A stretch of 63,118 bases of DNA, filler included, from Choristocarpus tenellus KU-1152 (Eukaryota; Protista; Phaeophyceae), in NCBI GenBank assembly GCA_964200185.2. It is 11 parts of 11 records of this genome, joined end to end, with 100 filler letters (N's around TTAATTAATTAA, not from the genome) between each part and the next. Parts side by side here need not be neighbours in the genome. Positions count along the whole stretch, not along the records: positions 14,225 to 18,149 come from CAXNAD020017114.1; positions 18,250 to 21,515 come from CAXNAD020021166.1; positions 21,616 to 25,568 come from CAXNAD020016959.1; positions 25,669 to 32,119 come from CAXNAD020008114.1; 7 more parts are not named here. The stretch is one strand, 5' to 3'. Below are positions 14,225 to 25,726 of this stretch, in pieces. Positions within the stretch are counted from its first letter, which is position 1. Every line of letters begins with the position of its first letter. The translations under genes and the position numbers were made by a program. The notes below the pieces were generated by a model. That model saw only the letters and a list, made by a program, of their open reading frames with translations. It was not told the origin of the DNA and ran no database searches.

Positions 14225-15299
14225 TGAACGCCCCGTTCCACAGACGCAAACTCCTTTTTTTGACTCCTCCCCCCCCCCCCCGGCATCATTGCTCCCCACT
14301 TGTCCTCCTTGCTCATTCCCCTGCCACTCTGGTTCCTGCTATACAGTTCTCCAACTTGGTTGAATGTTGGAGAAGAGCCACCTGAGGCAAGGCCATGTGT
14401 TTGGTGCATTTCTTGGTAAGAAGGGAGAGTGGGTGGGGGGGGTTGAGAGGAATTAAAGTCACACGAAGAGTGATACCATAAACCTCTTACTTAGCAGTGG
14501 TGGTGAACCACAACTTCCAGTACTCGGTTGAGCCTGCTCTCAAGACTAGACGTGTATCCCTTATACTCACTATAAACCAACACCAAAATTTCAAGGTTGG
14601 GCTGGATTGAGCACTATTCTTTCCAGGAAGGGGCGATCTCATACAAGAAACAGTTGAGGCAGTGTATACCTCCTGGCGGACTACGACGTCCGACCAACTC
14701 AGCGGTGGAGCCCGTTTCACTCGGTCCGAAGCTCGACTCGGTGGCTGTGCCTGCAACGTCGGCAGAGGCTGATCCGTTCCGGCGTCCCAACAACAAGGAA
14801 AAGCACTCGCAGCACCAGTCCTGAGGCAGAGAGGAGATAGGTGTAAGGAAGGGAGGGTGGGGGGAGGCAGCGGGTGTTGTTAGAAGTTTGCCTTGCCTAA
14901 TCCATTTTAGGCGCCGTTGCATGTGTGGCGCTGGACAAGTACGAGGCGGAGAAATTTGCCCCAGCTGGAAGAAAACGTCTCCACGATCAAGCAACAAGGA
15001 TTGGCAGGAGGCACGGTGAAGAAGAGCTGGTCATAGCAATGACACTATTAGGCACCAGAAATCCCTCTTGAGCACTCATTTCTTTGTCCTGGAGCATATC
15101 TTTGGAAAGAGGAGAGGAGGAAGGCAAAACTTGTGCAGATGTACACGAAGTATTACCGCAACATGTGGGCAAGGAGGTCATGCCCACATGCATGTCTCCC
15201 AGCTAGTCTAACCTATGCTCCCTTCACATCTCCACGCAGAAGGAGAAACAACACTGGTAAATAAAAGTGTGACTTGGAATAGCACCATAGAGCGGAGAG

Positions 15300-17300
15300 A
15301 CTCGCAAGGATGACAACGGTACCCTCGCACATATTTGAGATACGGCAACAACGACGAAGGCGAATTGATGGAAACGAAATAGAGCTGTAGGGAGCGTATG
15401 ACGAAGTTAAGTGGAAGATTGTAGCCATGAGCCAACGTTCGCCTCTTCGATAGCATCTCGCCTCCTTTGAATCTTGAGACGCAAGAAACACAAGAGAGTC
15501 GTTACCAATAACTATAACGCAACCGGTGCAGCATATGTTCTGTACTCCTACCTCTCTATATAGAGGACCTCTGCAGGCATCTGCACTGACACGTGTTGAC
15601 TTGTCTAGGACAACGCTATTGAAGCTCGGGGTCGAGGAGTTTTCGAAGCCCCTCACTTCGAAGGTGTTGGTGTAGCTAGTTCCATACGGCGCCCGACTCG
15701 ACGTATTCCAGGTCTCCGATGAGAGCTTCGAGCATGATCCATCATCCCATGCCGGGGGTCTGCTCGTTTCGGGCGTAGCTTTCATCCTCCTTCCCTCCAC
15801 ACTCCCCATGACCATCCTTCCCCCTGTTGATGCCTTTTGCTTTTTCTGATCGCTATGTCTGATCCCTTCAAACGAACAAGTTGGGGAAGGATGAGATTTT
15901 TCTTGTAGATGTAGTCGATATAGGGTGTACCCTCTCCTTGTATGTACTCCTTTTTGTTGTTGTTGGTTTCAACTCCACCTCATGTATGGTTCATTTTTGT
16001 GAAAGGGGGTGGCTGAGGTTAGGACGGGAGGTCTTGAGAAGGAGTTGGGGACGACCTGCTTCCGGCCGATATGGAATCCTTCTTCTCGGATTAGAGGTAT
16101 ATTTCATATGAATCGGTGAAGGATGATGCGAAACTCCCTCAAGAGGACTTAAATCGGTGGAACCAGTGAGGGTTTACCGACTGACTTGGGTAGAGCGCTG
16201 TCGAAAATGTGCAAAGGATGACATGGTTTGCGGAATGTTTATGTTGAACAGCTCCAGATCTTATTGCCTAGACATAGGACAGCGGGGGAATACCAGAAGA
16301 ACGCATCATGAGCTTAGTACTATTGTGCCAGAAGTCATATATGTTTGAAAGAGGGTTCTAATACAACAATCCTTCTCGATGTCTTGCCCTATTTTCTATC
16401 ATGCTCTCATCGAACTCATATCCATTTGAACTCAGGAGATTCTTTACAACTTTGTTTGATGTTGGTGCTGAGTAACCCATTAAATCCCAGAGCTACCTGT
16501 ACATGGTAAATGTTACGAACCTTTGAATTTGAAATTCTTGCTCCCTTGAAGTCGATTTATATATATTTTTGGCTATGTACCCTCCTCAGGAAAGGCTGAC
16601 GCTGAAGGCAGATGCTAACATTGTCCAGTCTCTAGGATATCTGAGCCTTTGAAGATAAATATCCTCCGTTGCCAACTCTGATCTACTTTAGTCCAGGAGG
16701 ATAAAAACAGACACCGACGTTGGGTACCTTGCAGGGAGAATTCACAACACCCACGAAATCCATCCCTTCCTCTCCCGTCTCCTTTTGTCTACCACAATCG
16801 ACCCTTGACAAGAGATAACCAATCTTTCATGTCTTCGCTGCCTGTCCTCTCGATGGTCAGTGGGCGGCACTTTCGCCAACAAAGTATCCTTAGCCTGACA
16901 TAAGTGGCGGAGTGATCGTAATTGGACTATTTGTGGGGGGTTGAGGTGATATTGAGGGAAACTACCCCGACCCCTTAGGCTGCGGCCTTGGGGACGGAGG
17001 AGTTGCTCCCACAGAAGGCGTTTTGGTTCCACGGCGATGAGAAGTCAGGGAAGGGCTCCAAGTGAGGAAGGTGAGTGATTACAAGCTATTGTACTGGCTG
17101 GATAGAGCAAGTCCCTTACATGGTTCTGCGTATACGCTCTGCCAGGCACAACATTGTTCTATTCCCGTGACTCCCTCCTGAGTTGTTGGTACTCCCCCTC
17201 AACATACTTCCGCCTTGCCTTACCAACATGGCCTCTTGGTCACCCTCTGTACTTGGAACTGTTTCAGTGTTGAATATACCCAGGGTGTAAAAATTGGTCA
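15300..17300 (-). mobile_element. Highly degenerate Ty1/copia RT-RNaseH remnant
   Basis: Minus-strand fragments EGMDF (cf. QxEGVDF) and SVVLDKSTRVSADACRGPLYRE...CVIVIGNDSLVFLA (cf. copia RNase H SVALSTxEAEYxALxxACKExLYLR...IxEDNxGAIxLA) occur in the expected order, with many stops and frameshifts. Confidence 0.45.
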
Positions 17301-17771
17301 ATGTCCTAAATCATAACCTCGCGACTTGCGTGATTGCCTTCCCGGATTCATATCCTTTAGTGGTGTCCTCCACTATCTGACTGGGGTGGGGTGGGGTGGG
17401 GAGGGAGCCAATACATCAGGGAATTTGAGGAGGCAGAATAGAAGAACGGTGTCGAGGAAGTACAGTTTTTTGTTTTATGGGGGATGAGATGGGAGAAAGG
17501 GAGTGGGTGATATTTTCAAATTTCTTATGTGTTTCTTGTTGAAATTGACATCGTAGATTGATAGTGTGAGTATATCTCGATCATGCTTAAAAGTTTGCTG
17601 AGGCCTTGGCCTTTGTCAAATATATTTTTCTCAAGTATTTTGCTGTTGGGAGAGGCCTATGTATTTTGTCATTGATCGTGAGCCTTGTTGGGTGTCCTTC
17701 CTGTTACGCTTTTGATCCCCCCCCCCCTTTCCATATTCCCTCTTTGTTCCCCCCTTGTATATTTTACACAG

Positions 17772-18149
17772 GTGAAATACCTATTGAAAAGAGCTCTACT
17801 ACGGCACCCACAACAACGTCACTCCCTATAGGGGATACAATTGAACAGGGATTTCCCAATCCTGAGAAGGCATCCCCACAACCCCCTTTCACCGCCACTG
17901 CCACCACCCCTATTGCACCTTCTGCTGCTCAATCCCCCGACCCAGGGCTTGTGGCAGACAAGTCATTTGAATCTCCCGACCAGTCCAAGTTTGCGCAGTT
18001 GGGGTCTGGGCTTACAACAGGGCTAGGACCTGTTTCCAGTGGGTCGAGTGTACCTGCAGGGACAAGTGGTCTATCTGCTATGTACGAAGGAAGTGGCCGA
18101 GGTGGGACTGGGGGTCGAGGAGGAGGGAAGGACTCAATGGATCGTGGGG
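17772..18149 (+). CDS. Exon of an unknown gene encoding a Pro/Ser/Thr/Gly-rich region; truncated by the contig end
   Basis: Polypyrimidine tract plus acag acceptor at 17771, then an open frame to the gap. Confidence 0.5.
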
Positions 18150-18463
18150 NNNNNNNNNNNNNNNNNNNNNNNNNNNNNNNNNNNNNNNNNNNNTTAATTA
18201 ATTAANNNNNNNNNNNNNNNNNNNNNNNNNNNNNNNNNNNNNNNNNNNNTCTTCCCCCCCCTAACCCTGACATCTTCCCCCCTTGAACACTAACTTCTGT
18301 AGTGTAGGCACATCTCAGTGCCCCCCCCCTCCCCCCTCATATCTTTCCCTGTTTCTTTTCAATAGACAAAAAAAAGTATCAACGGTCCGAATCTATCCCT
18401 TCACATCTTCCTCCACCGAACACTCCCGTTCTTCCCGCAGGCGTTCTTGCCTCTCAAACTCAC

Positions 18464-20267
18464 CTGTCTGGGCGGGCCTGAAGAACTTCCTTTAGATTGT
18501 GAGGCTGTTTACCGTCATCGAAGAGAGCAAACTCCTTGCCGTAAAACTCCGCCTTCCATCAAAATACAAAAGCCACACAAACACCCACACCCACCCACAC
18601 ATAACAGGCTGGTAAGAGGGGTGACGAACTTTCTTGAAAGAGAGCATACGCGCATTGACAAGACTCAGAATAGAATAGAATTCGAGACTAAAAAGCGGGA
18701 CGGCATAGACGCACCTACCTCAGCTCCCGTAGATCATACCCTAACCCTACAGAAGGGCTGTTCTACCACAGATTTCCTGAACATTAAAAAAATATATTCT
18801 TCCAGTCGAAACCTCTCCCTAAGAACATTAAGGATAACTATCAATAGCACCACAACAACACACACAAAAAAACGAAATACACGAGCGTTCGGCATAAATT
18901 ACGCACTGCACCGGGCAATGAGAGATGCACGCAAAGACCTCCAAGACACCTGCCTGCAGGTGTCTTGATACGTTTTCTCAACAATACCGCCACTGTGGTG
19001 GACAAACTGTGAGAACTGAAAGGTCCCAGCAGCTCCACTATTCACAAATTTCAAAACAAGTATGATGTAACATCTCCACTCCTCCCACAGAACATGAGAG
19101 CATGATGTGTGGGGCGGCTTAACCCCAAAAGCTCTTTTGGTCGTACCTGGATGCTTTGAGAAAAAAAAACTTTCCTACTTTGCTCTGAACAGGGTTTTTA
19201 ATTTCAAAATTCAAACGAGAGAGAGATAGAGATAGAGAGAGATAACATTATCTCTTCATTTGCAGCAGTGAATCCAATACTTTCACACCACAACTCGACA
19301 CTTGCTTGTCATATTCTGAGCTTAAGATTCAATCTCCTATCCGCACTTGCCTACTCACATTGTATGCTGGTCGTCGAGGGGTCAGGACAAGAGTGACAAA
19401 AAAGCTCCAACTCTTGTGTGCTCAAGAGGCTCAAGTCTACCTATCTCATCCTCTGCTCCTCCTACACGACCCTACCACAACACGCTGCCTTACCTCACGT
19501 AGCCCAGTTCAAGACCCAAAACAGCAACGAAAATCGCTACTGCCGTCGTCTTCATGAAGAAAAAGCAAGATTCTTTTTCTACACAACCCCCCCAACTTAA
19601 AAAAAAATCAGAACAAATCACGCACCACCTGCAACAACCACAAAAACCTACGTTCCGCTACAATCCCCAGACACTGAAGCACAACCCACACACACCAACC
19701 TTGATGAGAGCTGTTGTGGCCGAAGGAAGCGTGTCCAGGGCTGCCTGGACCACCCTAGCCCCTACTGCATGCGTAGCCAGCCTGACAATCTCGGACCTAA
19801 GCCCCCTCAAGAGGCGTCTCTGCTCGTTCTCACCCTTGAGCGACTTGAGCATCCTCAGAATGATGAAATGTGCGTATGTGAGCTGGGATAGCTCAACAAG
19901 GTGGCCTTCTACCTCTGAGAGAATCATCAAGCGTTCCTGGGAAAATCCAAGTTTTACGACACATTTGGAGGGAAGCGGAATCAGATTTCATTTCGTGCGG
20001 GTGTGATAGCGTAAAGGTTGTGAACACCATGCAGGTGTTACATGTTGACTCTTGTGGCAATCCGCACGTGTTTGGTCTGGGCGTGGCCTCCAGAAATTAA
20101 GACGCTGAGAGTAAAATGTCGATCATGAGAGCACTGTTCAAACGTTGGATGCAGTTCAGTCGTGCTTCTGTTCATCAAATAAATCCACAAGAGGGGAAGT
20201 AGATCCTAAAGAGTCGCCAGGTATTGTGGATTAAGTGGGATATGAGAGATCCAACGAAATATCTACA

Positions 20268-20303
<36 letters not shown>

Positions 20304-21515
20304 TGTGTGTGTGATGAAAAAAAGCGCTTTGCTTGAGGGCTAATTTGCAAGCTATCCACGAGAGGTGTTGTTTGAAGGTCAATTACTACAACCCTACAAA
20401 ACACCTCGCGATTTCCATTGCACAAATGCATTCATTCCCTTTCCTCCGTTGCACCAAATTTGGAGACTGCACTACCTATTGATGGTTCTTTGGATGTTAG
20501 ACAGGCAGGCAGGCAGGCAGGCAAGCAGGCAACACTCCCACCCAAATCTATACATGTACACGAAAGATGGACAAGCCAAATGCAGATGAAGCTCTGTAAC
20601 ACAAAGAAAAGGCAGGGTGATGCAAGAATTCGAGCAAAACATTTAAGAGGTAGCCATCCACATAGGTAGTCGTTATATAGAGAAGCATGGACACAGCAAC
20701 CAATTACGACTCCTCCCAAAATGATCATAGAGGTCTAGGTTTGGGGTTTGGTAAGAATCACCTCTTGCGTCCCGAATTGAATGGCGGTCTGTACCACCCG
20801 GCTGGCATCGTGCTTCATGGCAATGGCTAGCACCTTGCCCTTGATCAGGGATAGAAGCTCCTGTACCAAGTTTGCCCTCTCCTCTGGCGGGACCTGTGAA
20901 GAGCAGTATCGACGAGACAGCGCCAGCACCACATTTACGATTTCAGGTACGAGAAAATTAGAACCTTGTTTAATTTTGGACACAATTGCGTGAGTTACTG
21001 GGAAGACTCTCATAGTTGCAGCTTATGAGGTGCAAGTTGGGAGAGTGGAGCAAGTGCAAAGGGAGGAAAGGTCTGGAATGTGAACCCAACTACCGCCTGG
21101 TCAACCACAAGCCAAGCCAAGGCGCAGTCACAAGAGTATCGAACTTAGGAGAATTTTCATTAATTCATAGCTTCCCTTATCATACTATTTCCAAGCTCAC
21201 CACAGCTCTATGCGAGAGTGGGTGATGAGGAACCCACCTTGCGCTCTCGGAGCTTGTTCCATATCTCCTTAGAACGCTTTACCGTGTCGAACTCTGGTCG
21301 GTGTTGCTGTCGCTCCATCTTCAGGCGTCGCTTTTTGTTTGCAGGCAGGCCATCTTCCCCTCCTCCACCGATACCCTCTCGTTTTCCATTCTTGCCGCCT
21401 CCCCGACTACTCCCTCCACCACCCCCTGTAGACGATGACCTTTTTCGCCCCCCCCCCCTCCCCATTCCCCTTCCAGCACTTCTTCCGCGACCTGACCCAC
21501 GACCACCTCGACCCC
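18464..21515 (-). CDS. PUM3: Pumilio homolog 3 / Puf6 (Puf-A) nucleolar RNA-binding protein, partial; exons 21238-21515, 20762-20893, 19700-19936, 18464-18552
   Basis: RGG-rich N-terminus, then KEIWNKLRERK|..LIKGKVLAIAMKHDASRVVQTAIQFG..LVELSQLTYAHFII..RLATHAVGARVV..AEFYGKEFALF. These are characteristic Puf6/PUM3 motifs, and the GT-AG exons are phase-consistent. Confidence 0.92.
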
Positions 21516-21653
21516 NNNNNNNNNNNNNNNNNNNNNNNNNNNNNNNNNNNNNNNNNNNNTTAATTAATTAANNNNNNNNNNNNNNNNNNNNNNNNNNNNN
21601 NNNNNNNNNNNNNNNCAGATACTTTGACCCTACACCACAGAGCTCTATGTATG

Positions 21654-21687
<34 letters not shown>

Positions 21688-23045
21688 CATTGACTGAACA
21701 AAAATAGGGCAATTTTCATAAATGCATTTCTGATTGAAGTCTGATATACGCTGAGGCACCTCGTCTTAGCCTGAGATGTACCTACATCCTTTACGATTAC
21801 TCAGAGCTTTCTGGATCTCTTGCCTGACATCCAGATTCCCACGCCCTAGGTGTAGACAACCCCCACTGAGAGGCTGCGACAGAAGGAGATATTACAAAAG
21901 CAAAAGTTCATTCCCTTAACCACACCAAACCCCTCTTGATTGTGTTCTACAGGCGCATCAACCTCAACCAGTGGGTGGATAGACACAGCCCCCCCCCCCA
22001 GAAAATTAACGGTACCCCAAAGGGGTGGGTCATTGCCCTGCAGTGTGCACCCACAGAAGTGTTGAATGATTTAATGAATGATTTAATGAAAATGATCCTA
22101 TTGAGTGATTTAATGACCTGTACAGGCGCAGTTAACCACTACACTCACCTGTACAGCTAGCTAGGTACCGCCTACCTCGTGGAAAACCAAAAGATTCACA
22201 ACACAAATGAGAAATGTATATATATATACATACACGCCCGAAAAAAGCTCCCATGCCGTAACCTATATATGCCCATCCATGTCTTATAGTCACTTCTTCG
22301 GGTACCTAGAGCAAGAGACGGCCTTAGTCATAGCATCAGCTGCAGAAATAAGAGAGCCGGTATGAATACGTTACGTTTCATAGTAGGGTATCCTTATCGA
22401 TCCATATATTGGGTCCCTTCTGCTGTTACAAATCGGAGCGATATCATTATTATTGTCACTATTGCAGCGTAGTGCAGTAAGTATACTGTTGCTGGAAGTT
22501 GAAAAATAAAACAAAATGTAAAAAATAAAAATTTACACTGTGTTTCTCTCCCCGATTGGTTAGTCACCGGAGATAAGTTGGAGAGCAAAATATTTATCTT
22601 ATTTCCTTCCGGAGGACACCCACGGGACCAAAACGATACTTACACGGTCTGGTCTGGTCTGGTCTGGTCTAGCCTGGCCTGGACCAAGGGCTCGCAAACG
22701 GGTAACAAGTATTGTGTACTTTTTTTCTTCTCATCCCACGTACTAAACTAAACTAAACTAAAATAAGACATGATGAGGGTGCAGTGATCACAAAACGACG
22801 GATCGGAGAAAGTCTGTGCAAACACCTTACTATTATTTTTTAACATGTACACACACGAGCACAACAAGAAGGATTCTAAGAGGAGTAGTGTTAGCGTGTC
22901 AATCAACTCACCCATCATAAAAAAAATTAAATAAATTTGGACTGTGACTGAAAGGTAACAAGTAACTTAAGAAATGAATAGTCAGTCTGCATTGAAAAAA
23001 AATGTTACTGTGCATAAGAAAAAAATATATATTTATGTATCAGAA

Positions 23046-23228
23046 GACCCAAAGTATCTGGGGGGGGTGGAGGAGTCTACACCAGGGTGTCCATTTGGGT
23101 CAAAATCAGGAAAAGTGCATTTACATTACCCATCCGACGTATGCAACCAAATCACACAAAAATCGCGACATGAAGAAAAGTTGACCCCAAATGGACAGCT
23201 GCCATCCCGCCCTCAGATACTTCGAGCC
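23046..23228 (+). mobile_element. MITE family B (~183 bp)
   Basis: TIRs GACCCAAAGTATCTGGGGGG...CCCTCAGATACTTCGAGCC; the interior is homologous to the copy at 55012-55193. Confidence 0.8.
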
Positions 23229-23276
23229 ATTTGAAGTACCAAAAAAAAGAATATTTTGATTTGTTGGAGATTGTAC

Positions 23277-25440
23277 CTGGTACACGCACTCCCTGGTGAC
23301 AAGGGGTCTGGCAGCATCATGAATGCACACCACTGATGTCCCCACAGCAACCTCTAGGAGGGCATTGTACACAGAGTCCTGCCTTTCTCTGCGAAGGAGG
23401 GCATAGTATGTACACATGTGTGTATTATGCATGTGTGCAAACATTCAATAAGGCAGATCTTCAGAGAACAACAATGTGCATGTGTGTATGCAAAAATATT
23501 CAATAAGGCAGATCTTCAGATGAAAAAGAAGAACGATTTTGCGTACATTGCAGTCTCTACGGACACCTGCCAGATTGTAGAACTATCCAAATGTAACTTG
23601 AGACTACTGCTACTACAAATAGTAACATTTCCAACATTTAAAATTGGAAATTCTTTTATTTCCAATATTCCTATTAAATAATCCTACACGAAAACCCTTC
23701 CCCCCCCCCCCCCCCCCACACACACACACTCAAAAAAAGAAGAAAAAAAGCAAAAACATTTTTTTTTTCTGATTTGAAAGAACAAACTAATTCACCCTGT
23801 GCTTCATTCGCCGGTGTCTTGTGTTGGTGATTACCCCTTCTATTGTGACCTCCTTAGAGACAACGCACCCCATCTTATTATTTGTAACATTTGAAACTGC
23901 CACGACCTATTATTCTGTAACATCGACTTTAGAGACAACGTACCCACCTTCATGGGGGTACCAAACACCTCCAGTTTCAACTTTAAATTTCAAACCTGTG
24001 ACTCGAGTGAGTCAGATGCGTCCACTAATGCCCCCCCCCTCACAAACACAGCTCATGACTCACAAACCCTAACCCTAACCCTAACCCTAACCCAGACAGT
24101 ACTAACATATACACTTATTGCACCACTACTCTCCTTGTCAAGTCAAAAAGAGAGATAAAACAAAGAGCAATACGGTCGTCGTCGTCCCCTCCCCAATCCC
24201 CTTCCAAGGCGTTGGCGGTAACCCACACAAGACACTATACTAACTCATATTACCGAGCGGCAGGGAAGAAAATAGAGCCAGTTTGTTAGTGGTGTGAAGA
24301 TTTCGAGGACAAATCGGAAGATCGGAGTTAGACTGCGAGGTAAAAAAATAAAAATAAAAATATATAAAAGTTGAGCGGAAGGGGTCAAAACATCAACACA
24401 ATCGAGACAATGATGATGCTAAGACATACCAAACACAAAACATACAGTAACACCTGGAGTCAGTGGTGGTTGTGACACGGTGCTTGCTATTTAGAACCAC
24501 TAAACCGACACTTCAACAGGATTAGAGAGAGAGAGAGAGAGAGAGAGAGAGCTCATAAAAAAATAAGAAAAAGAGGGAAGACTGCACGAGAAGAAGGCCA
24601 TCCCTAATTTTTTTTAACATTTTTTTGCACTGATCTATAAAAAAAAGAAAATGAGGTGACAAGCTCTCTCGTGTGCTCTATACTAACTGCAGTGTGAAAA
24701 CACCCATGTACCTAGAGCGTCGTCACGATGAATCAAACCGGCGCTAATGACCCGCGGCACACATAGCACTCGGTACACCACAAGGAAAATTCTGACAGTG
24801 CACACTGCGAGCGAAACGCATGAGAAGAAACAGGGAAAATATATATATCAAAAGTCAACTCTCTCGATCTAAAAAAAAATGATGTTACATTCTTTTGCGC
24901 ACAATGGATTTGTATAATAATAACGGTAGCGATGCGATCGCTATGACTCACAGCGCAAACACATAAAAAAAGCCTTCCTATGTGACACATCTTGTACACT
25001 ATTTTTTTTAAAGAAACAAATGACCTTCCTACGCAACACGGTTCGTACACTATCCAATAAAACATGAAAATATGCCTTCCTAATAATAGGAATGTATCGA
25101 TAACGTTATACACATTGGCATAGCAACTCACTTTCCAGGATCAGCGAAGACGATTCTGGGATCTTTCCTTTGCAGGTCCTGAAATATTCCCCTGTACTGC
25201 TCATCCAAGACCACCACAATTCTGAAACGATCAATCAAAAATGAAGGAAAGAAGCAGGAGGTGCTGCAGCATTGCGATATATAAATTATTTCTCTGTCAT
25301 AGTCTGACCTACGAGGACGCTCAGGGATTGAGGACTCTAAGGAAAGGAATACTCACTAGTGCACGCCTTCCACGGTTATGAAGAGGTCCAGGCTGTGCTG
25401 CATGACTGGTTTTCCTTTCAACTCCAGGAACTGTTTTGTC
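23277..25440 (-). CDS. ispD: 2-C-methyl-D-erythritol 4-phosphate cytidylyltransferase (MEP pathway), internal exons 25357-25440, 25132-25221, 23277-23388
   Basis: KQFLELKGKPVMQHSLDLF..IVVVLD..FADPGKERQDSVYNAL..VCIHDAARPLV is diagnostic for IspD. The junction of the first two exons yields TAA (see findings). Confidence 0.9.
24067..24092. repeat. Short interstitial (CCCTAA)n telomere-like repeat; another at ~44332-44352
   Basis: accctaaccctaaccctaaccctaaccc is directly visible. Confidence 0.7.
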
Positions 25441-25726
25441 CTGGCTATGTATGATGCAGGGAGAGCACAGCAGCACGGAATAGGGGTGTCATATTCAAAG
25501 ATGAAAATATTGTTCAAAGTATCTGGGGGGGGGTGGGGGGGGGGGGGGCGAGTTAGGGCTCGGAAAAANNNNNNNNNNNNNNNNNNNNNNNNNNNNNNNN
25601 NNNNNNNNNNNNTTAATTAATTAANNNNNNNNNNNNNNNNNNNNNNNNNNNNNNNNNNNNNNNNNNNNCCCCCCAGATAGTTTTGGCCAAGTAAGAGAAA
25701 AAAGGAAAGAAAACAACCCAACCCAC

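Noticed and set aside
24067-24092. Chromosome end or telomere
   Set aside because: Only 3-4 internal CCCTAA units, located inside an intron.
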